Shown: positions 34,396-44,273 of the stretch, in pieces
Layout of the letters: each line of letters opens with the position of its first letter
How positions within the stretch are numbered: the first letter of the stretch is position 1
Assembly (NCBI GenBank): GCA_937922745.1
Contig: CALAJO010000033.1
Location: 2,250-66,249, forward strand
Length of the DNA stretch: 64,000 nucleotides
Direction: 5' to 3'
DNA from: an uncultured cyanobacterium
GTDB lineage: Bacteria > Cyanobacteriota > Vampirovibrionia > Vampirovibrionales > JAGQHJ01
Notes under the pieces: model-generated
The model's database searches: none
What the model was told of the DNA's origin: nothing
The model's input: only the letters and a program-made list of their open reading frames with translations
Program-made: the position numbers and the translations under genes

Positions 34396-35952
34396 ATGGA
34401 CAACCATATCGGTACGGCTGAAGCCCGATACCGGGAATTGGAGCCGAAACGGCTGGTTTATCTGGAGCGTTCCAGAGAAGTTGCCAAGTTTACCATTCCC
34501 AGCCTGATGCCTCCCAATGGACACAATTCCACAACCAAACTGGAAACACCTTATCAAGGCGTGGGAGCCCGTGGTGTCAATAACTTGGCATCAAAGTTGC
34601 TTCTTGCGTTACTGCCGCCTAACAGCCCATTCTTCCGGCTCAAGATAGAGGACTATATTTTAGACGACCTGGAAGTGACCAATCCCGGCTTAAAGACGGA
34701 ATTGGAGACGGCGCTTTCCCGGATTGAAAACGCCGTGATGACAGAGATTGAAACGTCATCGGATCGGGTGGCTGTCTTTGAAGTTCTCAAACACCTGTTG
34801 GTTGCCGGGAATGTCTTGATGGATATGTCGCATGAGGAGGGTATGCGAGTCTTTCATCTGGACCGCTATGTCGTCCAGCGAGACCCGATGGGGAACATCC
34901 TTGAAATCATTATTCACGAAACTGTTGCCCCGGTGGCCCTTCCCAAAGCAGTTCGAAAGCTGGTTGGTGAAAAGCTAGAAGGGACAGAGAAAACCGTCAA
35001 CCTCTTCACCATGATCAAACGTAATGATAACCACTGGAAGGTTTTTCAAGAAGTAAAAGGATTAGTCATTCCTGATACGGTTGGCACGTACCCCTTAGAG
35101 CGTTCACCATTCATTCCCTTGCGTGGCAACCGGATTGATGGGGAAGACTATGGCCGGGGCTATGTTGAAGAATATCTGGGGGATCTGAAATCCCTTGAAG
35201 GGCTCTCCAGAGCCATTGTCGAAGGTTCGGCAGCGGCTGCCAAGGTGCTGTTTCTCGTTAATCCCAATGGGACGACCAGAGCTAAAACATTGGCTGAATC
35301 TCCCAATGGGGCGATTCGGGAAGGCAATGCCGAAGATGTGACAGTTTTACAGGTCGAGAAGTTTAACGACTTCCGAATTGCGTATGAACAGATCAACAAA
35401 ATTGAAGAACGTCTGAGCTTTGCATTCCTGCTGAATTCCTCAATCCAACGTAATGCAGAACGAGTGACTGCCGAAGAAGTCCGCTTTATGGCCCGTGAAT
35501 TGGAAGATGCCCTCGGTGGACTCTATTCCATCCTGGCTCAGGAATTCCAGTTACCGTATGTCAGACGCAAAATCCACCAGATGGAAAAGGGGAGAAAGCT
35601 CCCCTCATTGCCGAAGAATACAATCAAACCAATGATCATCACTGGCCTGGAGGCACTGGGAAGAGGACACGATTTAAACAAACTCGATATCTTCATTGGT
35701 GGCTTGGCTCAGACCTTGGGACCTGAAATCCTGGCGCAATATTTAAATCTCGAAGATTACATTGCCCGCCGGGCCACCGCTATTGGAATAGATACCAAGG
35801 GCCTCATCAAGACCAAAGAAGAAATTGAGGCTGCCCAGATGGCATCCCAGCAACAAAGCATGATCAGTCAATTTGGCCCGGAAGTCATTCGGCAGGCCGG
35901 AGGCTTAATGCAGAAAGGAATACAAAATGGCCAAGTCCCGCAAACAAGTTGA
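34396..35952 (+). CDS. Head-tail connector (portal) protein, T7 gp8 analogue
   Basis: 518 aa, positioned before the scaffold and capsid genes. The N-terminal ...RYRELEPKRLVYLERSREVAKFTIPSL...P is typical of podoviral gp8-type portals. Confidence 0.9.
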   Translation: MDNHIGTAEARYRELEPKRLVYLERSREVAKFTIPSLMPPNGHNSTTKLETPYQGVGARGVNNLASKLLLALLPPNSPFFRLKIEDYILDDLEVTNPGLKTELETALSRIENAVMTEIETSSDRVAVFEVLKHLLVAGNVLMDMSHEEGMRVFHLDRYVVQRDPMGNILEIIIHETVAPVALPKAVRKLVGEKLEGTEKTVNLFTMIKRNDNHWKVFQEVKGLVIPDTVGTYPLERSPFIPLRGNRIDGEDYGRGYVEEYLGDLKSLEGLSRAIVEGSAAAAKVLFLVNPNGTTRAKTLAESPNGAIREGNAEDVTVLQVEKFNDFRIAYEQINKIEERLSFAFLLNSSIQRNAERVTAEEVRFMARELEDALGGLYSILAQEFQLPYVRRKIHQMEKGRKLPSLPKNTIKPMIITGLEALGRGHDLNKLDIFIGGLAQTLGPEILAQYLNLEDYIARRATAIGIDTKGLIKTKEEIEAAQMASQQQSMISQFGPEVIRQAGGLMQKGIQNGQVPQTS

Positions 35953-36169
35953 AGATCCCTCAGAAGTTGAGCGCCTGAAAGCTCAATTGGAAGTTGAGAC
36001 ACAGGCCCGTATGGATGCGGAACGTCATGCACAACAGGTTGAAAGCCAGACGGATTTATCCCGGCTTCAATCCGTGGCCTCTGAAGCCAATGCCGTGGCC
36101 AAACTATCCGCTAATCGTCAGCCCAAAATCAGCCTGATGTCTCACGGAATTACAAGAATCGATTTCTAA
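35927..36169 (+). CDS. Hypothetical coiled-coil protein (80 aa)
   Basis: ATG preceded by AAAGGAA, overlapping the portal 3' end by 26 nt. Confidence 0.35.
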   Translation: MAKSRKQVEDPSEVERLKAQLEVETQARMDAERHAQQVESQTDLSRLQSVASEANAVAKLSANRQPKISLMSHGITRIDF

Positions 36170-36183
36170 ACAAGGAGAGTCCC

Positions 36184-36918
36184 ATGGTAGACCGTATTGA
36201 AATCAAGTCAGAACCGACAGGACCGGATGTACCGGTTGAAAATCAACCAGTGGATGGTCAAAATTCCACCCCTGAAGTACAAGATCCTAACCGCCCGGAA
36301 TGGCTCCCGGAGAAGTTTAACAGCCCTGAAGACTTGGCGAAAGCCTATGGTGAATTGGAAAAGAAACTGGGCGATAATGGCCAGCAACCTAACCAGGAGG
36401 CTGTTAATCAGGTTGTTGAAGATGCCGGTTTGAAAATGACCGATTTAACGACCGAATATGAACAGAGTGGCAGTCTTTCGGAAGACAGCTATGCCAAGCT
36501 GGAGAAGTTCGGCATTCCCCGTGAATACGTGGATGGTTACATCCGAGGACAGGAAGCTCTTTCAGAAAAGTACCAATCCGATATTTTCAACATGACGGAT
36601 GGCCGGGATGGCTATACCAATATGATTCAATGGGCTGCCCAGAACCTCAGAGCAGATGAAGTCCTGGCATACAACACCAGTGTCAACAGTGGTGATATCG
36701 AACAAGCCAAGTTGGCCGTCAAAGGTCTGTTTGCCCGCTTTTCTGAAAATGAAGGCCATGAGCCTCGCTTGGTAACTGGGACTTCTGGTGCCTACAGTAA
36801 TTCAGTTTTCCGTTCCACAGCAGAACTAACCCAAGCTATGGCAGATCCAAAATACAAAACGGATCCAGCCTACCGTCAGGATGTTATTAACAAGCTTTCT
36901 CGTTCAAACATTTTATAG
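36184..36918 (+). CDS. Capsid assembly scaffolding protein (T7 gp9 analogue)
   Basis: Acidic 244-aa protein between portal and major capsid. RBS is AAGGAGAG. Confidence 0.65.
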   Translation: MVDRIEIKSEPTGPDVPVENQPVDGQNSTPEVQDPNRPEWLPEKFNSPEDLAKAYGELEKKLGDNGQQPNQEAVNQVVEDAGLKMTDLTTEYEQSGSLSEDSYAKLEKFGIPREYVDGYIRGQEALSEKYQSDIFNMTDGRDGYTNMIQWAAQNLRADEVLAYNTSVNSGDIEQAKLAVKGLFARFSENEGHEPRLVTGTSGAYSNSVFRSTAELTQAMADPKYKTDPAYRQDVINKLSRSNIL

Positions 36919-37066
36919 CGCAACCATTAGCGCCCCTTTTTAGGGGGCTGATGCGCTACACACCCAACACATGGAAACCTGGCCGGGTGCGCCCGACAAC
37001 CTGTGTGGACGGTGTTTCTCGGTGATGTGGCCAACGTTACTCAAGAATTAACGGAGAAACTTGGCT

Positions 37067-38017
37067 ATGTCGAATGCAACCCCATCACGTCTTGGGGCGA
37101 TTAACGATACAACAGGTTCTTACGCCCAGGACAACGCTCTATTTCTCAAGGTCTATGCCGGGGAAGTTATGACGGCCTTCAAAGAAACCAACGTGATGGA
37201 AGACAAGCATATTATGCGAGTCATCCAACACGGGAAGTCCGCTCAATTCCCTGCAACATGGAAGGCCGATGCCGCTTACCACACGCCCGGTAACGAACTG
37301 AACGGTTCACAGAAAATCAAACATGCGGAAAGAATCATCAACATTGATGATCTTCTGGTGTCTGACACCTTCATCGCCAACATCGATGAGGCAAAGAATC
37401 ACTATGACGTTCGTTCCATCTACTCGACGGAACAAGGTCGAGCACTCGCCCGGAAGTTTGACAAACAACTGCTTCAGGTGGGTGTCCTTGCGGCTCGTGC
37501 TTCTGCAACGATTACGGGTGGTTTTGGTGGAACCAAACTGGTCAACGCTCAATTTGATATTGATGCGGAGTCCTTGGTTGCCGGTATCTTCAACGCTGCC
37601 CAGGTCATGGATGAAAAGGACATCCCGGAAGAAGACCGCTTTTGCTTCTTGAAACCGAAACACTACTACATGCTCGCTCAACTGACCAAAATCATGAACA
37701 AGGATTGGGGTGGTATGGGCGTCTATGCGGAAGGTAAGGTTATCAAAGTCGCAAACGTCACCATCGTTAAAACCAATAACCTGCCTAACTCCAACATTTC
37801 TGCCGTATCAGGTGAACAAAACACCTATAACGGTGACTTTACCAATACCGTGGCTCTGGTCATGCACCGATCCGCTATTGGTACAGTTAAACTGTTGGAT
37901 TTGGCAGTAGAGTCCGAGTACGAAATCTGGCGTCAAGGCACCCTCATGGTTGCAAAGTATGCCGTTGGACACGGCATCTTACGTCCTGAGTGTGCTGTTG
38001 AGCTGGCGAAAGCATAA
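37067..38017 (+). CDS. Major capsid protein (T7 gp10 analogue)
   Basis: The ATG at 37067 sits 10 nt after GGAG. LFLKVYAGEVMTAF...VIQHGKSAQFP matches the conserved N-terminal block of T7-like capsids. Confidence 0.9.
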   Translation: MSNATPSRLGAINDTTGSYAQDNALFLKVYAGEVMTAFKETNVMEDKHIMRVIQHGKSAQFPATWKADAAYHTPGNELNGSQKIKHAERIINIDDLLVSDTFIANIDEAKNHYDVRSIYSTEQGRALARKFDKQLLQVGVLAARASATITGGFGGTKLVNAQFDIDAESLVAGIFNAAQVMDEKDIPEEDRFCFLKPKHYYMLAQLTKIMNKDWGGMGVYAEGKVIKVANVTIVKTNNLPNSNISAVSGEQNTYNGDFTNTVALVMHRSAIGTVKLLDLAVESEYEIWRQGTLMVAKYAVGHGILRPECAVELAKA

Positions 38018-38031
38018 GGGAGGAACCGTAT

Positions 38032-38349
38032 ATGGCCATTAACCTTTTATCCGGTCAGACCTCAAACGGTTCCGGCAGTGCTGTCACACTCAACGCCAAA
38101 GAAGGCGGAAACAAAATCGGATTTAGCGCCTTCGGTACGTTCGGCAGTGGCACCATCACCATCGAACTGGCCTTGGATGGCACGAACTATACCGCTGTCA
38201 CCACCTTTACAGCCGCAGCTTACAAAATGGTTGAAATCGTGGCGGAAGCAGGGTCTAAGATTCGTGCAACCTTGTCTGGTGCAACCAGCCCGAACGTTAC
38301 AGTTCAGATGTCTGGTGCTTTTACTGGCATTACTCGAACTGACGCATAA
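38032..38349 (+). CDS. Small beta-rich protein downstream of the capsid gene (hypothetical, possibly capsid-associated)
   Basis: Own RBS AGGGAGGAACCGTAT and its own ATG. 105 aa rich in Gly/Thr/Ser/Ala. Confidence 0.5.
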   Translation: MAINLLSGQTSNGSGSAVTLNAKEGGNKIGFSAFGTFGSGTITIELALDGTNYTAVTTFTAAAYKMVEIVAEAGSKIRATLSGATSPNVTVQMSGAFTGITRTDA

Positions 38350-38359
38350 CACAAAACAC

Positions 38360-38400
38360 AGAGAGTCACTGGCTTTTGGCTGGTGGCTCTCTTGTTTTTA
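38360..38400 (+). terminator. Strong intrinsic terminator after the capsid block (Tphi-like position)
   Basis: AGAGAGTCACTGGC-TTTTG-GCTGGTGGCTCTCT followed by TGTTTTTATTT. Confidence 0.65.
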
Positions 38401-38414
38401 TTTGAGGATTTGAA

Positions 38415-38993
38415 ATGTCATCGACACCGCCGTTACTTACGATGCTGGAAGCTGTCAACATTATGCTTTCCGTGATCGGGGAAGCCCCAGTCAATACGTT
38501 AGAAGGGGCAGCGACCAACGATGTCATTCAGGCCACCTCTATCCTGAACGAAATCTCCCGTGAAGTGCAGTCGATGGGCTGGCATTTCAATACAGAGCGG
38601 GAGTATCCGCTGGTTCCTGATGTGAACCAGGAAATTATCCTGGCTTCCAATATGGTTCGGGTGGATGCGGATGCTTACCCGGAATTTGACGTGGTGCAAC
38701 GGGGATCCAAGCTATATGACAAGAAAAGTCACTCGTTCAAGTTCGATAGGACTCTGAAAGCGGAAATTATTTTCCTTCTGGGCTTCGAAGAAATTCCCCA
38801 GATTGCCCGGCAATATATCACCATTCGGGCAGCCCGGATTTTTCAGGACCGGATCGTCGGTTCTGAAGTGATTCACGGCTTCGGTGAAGACGATGAGAGA
38901 AAAGCCTATGCCGATTTGAAAGAAGCCGAAGGGGATACCGGGGACCCAACGATTTTTGATCACTATGACGCTGCAAGGCCCTTGATTAGGTAG
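38415..38993 (+). CDS. Tail tubular protein A (T7 gp11 analogue)
   Basis: LTMLEAVNIMLSVIGEAPVNTLEG...ILNEISREVQSMGWHFNTE is the conserved gp11 N-terminus. Confidence 0.85.
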   Translation: MSSTPPLLTMLEAVNIMLSVIGEAPVNTLEGAATNDVIQATSILNEISREVQSMGWHFNTEREYPLVPDVNQEIILASNMVRVDADAYPEFDVVQRGSKLYDKKSHSFKFDRTLKAEIIFLLGFEEIPQIARQYITIRAARIFQDRIVGSEVIHGFGEDDERKAYADLKEAEGDTGDPTIFDHYDAARPLIR

Positions 38994-39000
38994 GTTTGCC

Positions 39001-41370
39001 ATGCCGCTCATCAGTGGTTCCATCCCCAATTTAATCAATGGGGTGTCGCAACAGCCTGCTGCCATAAGGCTACCCTCCCAATCCGAAGAGCAGATCAATG
39101 CGTATTCCTCGGTGGTGGAAGGGCTCAAAAAGCGTCCACCTTTGGAGTATGTCGCTAAACTCAACAGCCTTCAGGTGGGAAGTGCGTTTGTCCTGACCAT
39201 TAACCGGGACACGTCTGAACGCTATGTGGTTATTGTCACCAATGGCGATTTGAAGGTGTATGACTTAACTGGGGTTCAGAAAACCGTCACGTTTCCCAAC
39301 GGAACGGCTTATTTAAATGCAACGGATCCCAAGTCCAGCTTTCGAGCCATTACCATTGCGGATTACACGTTTATGGTGAATCTCACCAAGATTCCTCAAC
39401 TCACAGCCTCCCTATCTCCCACCTATGGCAGTTCTGGACTGGTCTTGGTGAAGCAGGCCAATTCCAACAGCAATTACAAAGTCTTTGTGGATGGTGTCCA
39501 GAAGGCCAGCCATTCCACAACAACCAGTAACATCCAAACCGATTACATTGCAACCCAACTGGCATCTCAACTGGTAACCAACCTGGGAGCCGGATGGACT
39601 GTCACACGGGTAGAGTCCACCATTGAGATCAAGAAGAACGATGGAACAGCTTTTCGTTTGAGTGTCGAGGATAGCCAAGCAGGAACATCCCTCAAGGCGG
39701 CCAAGGAAAAACTCCAGCGATTTACAGATCTTCCTACTGTTGCCCCCAATGGGTTTATTATCGAAGTCACCGGAGACCAAAGTTCCAGTTTCGATAATTA
39801 TTTTGTGAAATTTGAGACCAATGATGCCGGAACCACGTTTGGCCCCGGTGTTTGGGTAGAAACCGTAAAACCGGGAATTAATTGGGAAATTGATCCGGCC
39901 ACGATGCCTTATGCCTTGATTCGGCAAGGGGATGGGACGTTCAAGTTTGAACAGATTACTTGGGGCAAACGGCTGGTCGGCGATCTGAAATCCGCTCCTG
40001 ACCCGTCTTTTATTGGAGCACCGATTAATGACATTGTATTCTACAAAAATCGGCTGGGCTTTTTAGCCGATGAGAATATCATCTTCTCACGGGCTGGCCA
40101 GTATTATGAGTTCTTCCCGGAAACGGTCACCACCATTCTGGATAGTGACCCCATTGATGTGGCGGCCAGTAGCAACCGGGTATCCATCTTGCGTCACGCC
40201 ATTCCGTTTGATGAAGACCTGCTCCTATTCTCCGATCAAACGCAATTCATTTTGCAGGGTGGTGATATTTTAACAGCCAAGACCGTTTCGATTACCCAGA
40301 AAACATCTTTTGATAACTCCAAGATGGCAAAACCTATTGGTGTAGGAAAGAACGTGTTGTTTGCCGTCACTAATGGTGAGTTTACCCAGGTCCGGGAATA
40401 CTTTGTTTCGGATTTAAACGAAACCAATGATGCTGCCGATATTACCGCTCACGTTCCGAAATACATTCCCAAGAATGTCTTTAAAATGGCCAATGCCACC
40501 AATGAAGATTTGGTGTGTACCATTACGACGGTTGAGCCTAACGCTATTTTTAGCTACAAGTTTTATTGGCGAGGGGACGAGAAATTGCAATCGGCCTGGA
40601 GCAAATGGACGTTTGGCAGTGATTGCACCATTCTGAACATCGACTTTATTGAGTCTATTTTATATGTGGTCACCCAACGGCCTGACGGGGTATTCCTGGA
40701 AAAACTCAATGTCTCTCCGAAACTGATTGACACTGATTCACGGTATTTAACCCACTTGGATCGCCGGGTTCAGGACAATACATCCGGCGTTAGTGTCTCA
40801 TATAATGCCGTGGATAACACCACCACCTGGACTTTACCTTATACCGTCTCAGGAACAATGCAGGTGGTGACCCGGTATAGTCTGACGGGATTGAACGAAG
40901 GGACCATCTTTCCGGTCATTCAACAAACCGGAAACACAGTGAAAGTAAGCGGCCAGTTTAATACCCAGGCGGTGTTTATTGGCCAACAATACGAAATGCG
41001 CTACCGGTTCAGTCACCAGTTTGTGAAAGAAAACAGTCAGGCCGGAGCTGGAAGCGGACAGGCCATTATTGGACAAGTGCGTTTGCAGATGCGGACTTGG
41101 ACGCTTTTATTTGAAGACACGGGGTTTTTCAAAGTGGAAGTCACGCCTAAATATCGAGCTACTTCCACCTATAAATATACCGGCAGTGTTTTGGGTTCCG
41201 GGAACAACCAATTGGGAACCATTCCGCTAGAAAACGGGACGTATATGTTTCCGGTCCAATCCAAAAACGATCAGGTCACTATTGACTTGGTGAACGATAC
41301 GTTTCTGCCATGCCACTTCTTAAGTGCCGAATGGGAAGCGCTGTTTGCCTCCAGGAGCCGTCGGTTCTGA
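39001..41370 (+). CDS. Tail tubular protein B (T7 gp12 analogue)
   Basis: 789 aa. The N-terminus LINGVSQQPAAIRLPSQSEEQINAYSSVVEGLKKRPP is typical of gp12-type proteins. Confidence 0.88.
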   Translation: MPLISGSIPNLINGVSQQPAAIRLPSQSEEQINAYSSVVEGLKKRPPLEYVAKLNSLQVGSAFVLTINRDTSERYVVIVTNGDLKVYDLTGVQKTVTFPNGTAYLNATDPKSSFRAITIADYTFMVNLTKIPQLTASLSPTYGSSGLVLVKQANSNSNYKVFVDGVQKASHSTTTSNIQTDYIATQLASQLVTNLGAGWTVTRVESTIEIKKNDGTAFRLSVEDSQAGTSLKAAKEKLQRFTDLPTVAPNGFIIEVTGDQSSSFDNYFVKFETNDAGTTFGPGVWVETVKPGINWEIDPATMPYALIRQGDGTFKFEQITWGKRLVGDLKSAPDPSFIGAPINDIVFYKNRLGFLADENIIFSRAGQYYEFFPETVTTILDSDPIDVAASSNRVSILRHAIPFDEDLLLFSDQTQFILQGGDILTAKTVSITQKTSFDNSKMAKPIGVGKNVLFAVTNGEFTQVREYFVSDLNETNDAADITAHVPKYIPKNVFKMANATNEDLVCTITTVEPNAIFSYKFYWRGDEKLQSAWSKWTFGSDCTILNIDFIESILYVVTQRPDGVFLEKLNVSPKLIDTDSRYLTHLDRRVQDNTSGVSVSYNAVDNTTTWTLPYTVSGTMQVVTRYSLTGLNEGTIFPVIQQTGNTVKVSGQFNTQAVFIGQQYEMRYRFSHQFVKENSQAGAGSGQAIIGQVRLQMRTWTLLFEDTGFFKVEVTPKYRATSTYKYTGSVLGSGNNQLGTIPLENGTYMFPVQSKNDQVTIDLVNDTFLPCHFLSAEWEALFASRSRRF

Positions 41371-41837
41371 TGCCTTACTTGAGATCGGCAACTATCGAGG
41401 ATGCGATTGCACTCTCGAAAAACTTACGTGCTGAAGATGAAGCCGAAGTGAAAGCCATGACGGGTGAAACCTCATTGGATGCTTTAACCCATGGGGTGCT
41501 GGCATCGGATCTACCCGTTAGCATTGTGGATGAGGATGGCCAGATTTTGGGTATGTTTGGGGCTGTCACAGCTTTCACACAACCACGCATTGGAACCGTC
41601 TGGATGTTGGCATCCCCGGACATCTTGAAATACAGACGGCGTTTTGCCAAAGAATCCAAGCAGTGGATAGAAGCCCTCCAAGAACATTACGACATCTTGT
41701 GCAATGTAGTGGATGAACGAAACACGGTCCATATCCGCTGGCTGCAATGGTGTGGCTTTACATTTATCCAGAGACACCCGGAATTTGGGGTGGAAAATCG
41801 TCCCTTTATTGAATTTGTGAGGATTAAACATGTGTAA
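41370..41837 (+). CDS. Internal virion protein A-like / acetyltransferase-fold protein (gp13 position)
   Basis: TGATG overlap with gp12. 155 aa. The call rests on synteny and on a DUF2833-like feel of the sequence. Confidence 0.45.
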   Translation: MPYLRSATIEDAIALSKNLRAEDEAEVKAMTGETSLDALTHGVLASDLPVSIVDEDGQILGMFGAVTAFTQPRIGTVWMLASPDILKYRRRFAKESKQWIEALQEHYDILCNVVDERNTVHIRWLQWCGFTFIQRHPEFGVENRPFIEFVRIKHV

Positions 41838-42429
41838 CCCAGCAACAGCCGTGTTGGCCCTGGGAGCCCTATCGATTGTCACCAGTGTTGCAACCGGCGT
41901 CATTCAGTATGTCGGGCAACAGCAGCAAGCCGAATCACAAGCACAATATCAATCGGCGCTTATGCAAGCTAGAAACCAGGAGATTCAAGACAATACTGCC
42001 ATTGCTAACGAAAGCTTTCTCCAACAGACTCAACAAATTAACCTTAGGCAACAGCAAGAGGATGAGAAAGCCTCACAGGACATTCAACAGGTTCAAATTG
42101 AAGCGGCCAAAGCCAGAGCAACCGCAAGAGTGTCCGCTGGTGAAGCCGGAGTTTCCGGTCTTTCCGTTGATAGTCTGCTTGCAGATTATTACCGTCAGGA
42201 AGATGTCTTCCGGGAAAGTGTCCGTCGAAACCGCCAACTGGGAAGGCTTCAGTCCAGAGAAGATATTAAGGGGCTGAAGGCACAGGCCGAAGGGCGGATT
42301 GCTTCCGTTCGTCCGTATGTTCCAGAACCCATCGTCCGGCCCAGCTTCCTGGGAACCGGCTTGCAGATCTTCACGGATGTGGCCACCAGAGGTTCTTCCT
42401 TGGCGGATCGGTTTAGGAGAGGGTCATGA
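41830..42429 (+). CDS. Internal virion protein B (gp14 analogue)
   Basis: N-terminal hydrophobic helix followed by a Gln-rich coiled coil. Position is syntenic with gp14. Confidence 0.55.
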   Translation: MCNPATAVLALGALSIVTSVATGVIQYVGQQQQAESQAQYQSALMQARNQEIQDNTAIANESFLQQTQQINLRQQQEDEKASQDIQQVQIEAAKARATARVSAGEAGVSGLSVDSLLADYYRQEDVFRESVRRNRQLGRLQSREDIKGLKAQAEGRIASVRPYVPEPIVRPSFLGTGLQIFTDVATRGSSLADRFRRGS

Positions 42430-44273
42430 AACGGCGTGCTCAAGTTGGGGACATCACCTCACCACAACCTTTGCAACCTCAAGCAAGGCCGGTAGATACC
42501 TATTACCAGCCACAGGAAGCCGGGGTGACACCTCCTGCCAGAACCAATAGCCTGCTCCAGCTAGCCGATGCGTTAAGTCAGATCCAGCCCGGCATTGATA
42601 AGTTTGTAACCAAGAAAAGCGATCAAATTCAGGAGGAAGAACTTAAGCGGGGTTCGGCAGCGGCGCTAAACAACAAGCTGGGATTCAATGAGGCCATTAA
42701 GCAGGGATTAATTCCTGCTGGTGTTTCTCCATGGTTTCGGATTGGGTTTCAACAGGAACGCCTTCGGGCGATTGGTCAGGAATATGATATCCAGCTTCGG
42801 GAAAAATGGGCGACCAGTGATGTTCGTAACTCTGACAAGCTGGAAGACTTTCAGAACTTCCTGCAAGATCAGCGAAGTGCTTTGTTTAACGGCCTGGGTA
42901 GTGATTTTGATAAACGGGATGTCCAAGATGTCTTGCTTCCCTTTGTTCAGAAGTCGGAAGCCAACTTAACCAATGAACACAGTAATTTCCGTCTCAAGCA
43001 AATTGAAGCCCAGGCTGAAGAAACCATGGCCACGGAAGTTGGAAATGTATTGGATGAATATTACAAGCCGGGCTTATCCGATAAAGACCGTTCGGCCATG
43101 TTGGCTCAGTTGGGGACAACCCTGACAGATCTGGGGAATCGTTCCGTCGGTCACGGGATGGTGGGAACTAAGGCCAATGAAATCCTGGTGGATGCCCTGG
43201 CCACGTATGCTTTGGACCATGAGGATATTCACGTTCGGGAACTGATGGATCAGATTAAAACTGGCAGTGGGGTTCTGGGTAAAACCGGTTATGCCCGTGA
43301 AAAATGGGCCAAAGTGGAAGACCAGATTTTGGATATTCAGGAGAAACGGGAACGCTTTTCTTGGGCCAAGGAAGACCGGGCGAAAGAGGAAAAAATTGAT
43401 ACGCTACAAAGCCGGATTATGATGAAGCTGATTCAAGACCCTACGGCAGACATCGTGGCCGATGTTAAAACCCTGGCGGTATTAGACCCGGAAAAGGCCA
43501 GAGCAATCTTTTCCTTCCAAGAGGCTCGACTGGATTCCCAATATAAAATCCGGGATAACCACTATCTCGTGACCGCCTTACAGGCTGGGATTTATACCAA
43601 CCAAACAACGCCTCACGATATCTTGATGTCCGTGGCCAATAAGGAAATCTCTGGCGATACCGGTGCTCGATTATTGGAAGACCTAAATCGCTTTCAACAG
43701 GATGGCCAGACCCGAACGGTGCTGGATAATGATTACCTCCGAATCCTTCGGGACAACTTGAAGAATGCCATAGTCAAAGGGGACGGGTTTGGTGGGTTTG
43801 ATAATGACTCCATCCTGAGAGCCAACCAAGCGGATATTCGCTTTGTGAAAGCGGCCCAGCAATACTTGCAAAAGAATCCCAATGCCGATCAGGAAGCCCT
43901 GTTTGACTATTTACGGGGCATTTACCAAGGTATCATCAATGACCCGGTTTATACCGATTCCAGTAAGCCTGTTCCTGGCAGTGAAGCAACGCCAAAACCG
44001 CAAGGCGGCACTTCATCCAAACCGTCCAGCCAACAGAAAAGACCAGCTTCCAGTTCATCAACACCAAAGACACAGAGCACGACATTTACACGACCCAAGT
44101 TTTACACCACGGTGGCTGCCTATAATGCAGCGGTGAAGTCCGGTGAGATTCAGAAACAAATAAACGATCTGGGTGTTCCCCCTCAGAACCGACAATTCTT
44201 TATGGAAAAGATGCGTCGCTATGCCGAAATCCAGGAACAACTCCAGAAAATCAGAAAGCTTAAAGGAGGGTAA
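42426..44273 (+). CDS. Internal virion (core) protein C (gp15 analogue)
   Basis: 615 aa with ATGA overlap to gp14. Called on synteny. Confidence 0.55.
   Translation: MKRRAQVGDITSPQPLQPQARPVDTYYQPQEAGVTPPARTNSLLQLADALSQIQPGIDKFVTKKSDQIQEEELKRGSAAALNNKLGFNEAIKQGLIPAGVSPWFRIGFQQERLRAIGQEYDIQLREKWATSDVRNSDKLEDFQNFLQDQRSALFNGLGSDFDKRDVQDVLLPFVQKSEANLTNEHSNFRLKQIEAQAEETMATEVGNVLDEYYKPGLSDKDRSAMLAQLGTTLTDLGNRSVGHGMVGTKANEILVDALATYALDHEDIHVRELMDQIKTGSGVLGKTGYAREKWAKVEDQILDIQEKRERFSWAKEDRAKEEKIDTLQSRIMMKLIQDPTADIVADVKTLAVLDPEKARAIFSFQEARLDSQYKIRDNHYLVTALQAGIYTNQTTPHDILMSVANKEISGDTGARLLEDLNRFQQDGQTRTVLDNDYLRILRDNLKNAIVKGDGFGGFDNDSILRANQADIRFVKAAQQYLQKNPNADQEALFDYLRGIYQGIINDPVYTDSSKPVPGSEATPKPQGGTSSKPSSQQKRPASSSSTPKTQSTTFTRPKFYTTVAAYNAAVKSGEIQKQINDLGVPPQNRQFFMEKMRRYAEIQEQLQKIRKLKGG

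Noticed and set aside
36928-36958. Hairpin TAGCGC-CCC...GGG-...GCGCTA after the scaffold gene as a terminator or RNase III site
   Set aside because: The stem is interrupted and no U-tract follows. It could be a processing site as in T7, but the evidence is too weak to annotate.
37067-38349. T7-style programmed frameshift producing a capsid 10B extension into the 105-aa ORF
   Set aside because: The downstream ORF has its own strong RBS (AGGGAGGAACCGTAT) and ATG. It is separated from the capsid stop by 14 nt, and no slippery heptamer is seen at the capsid 3' end.
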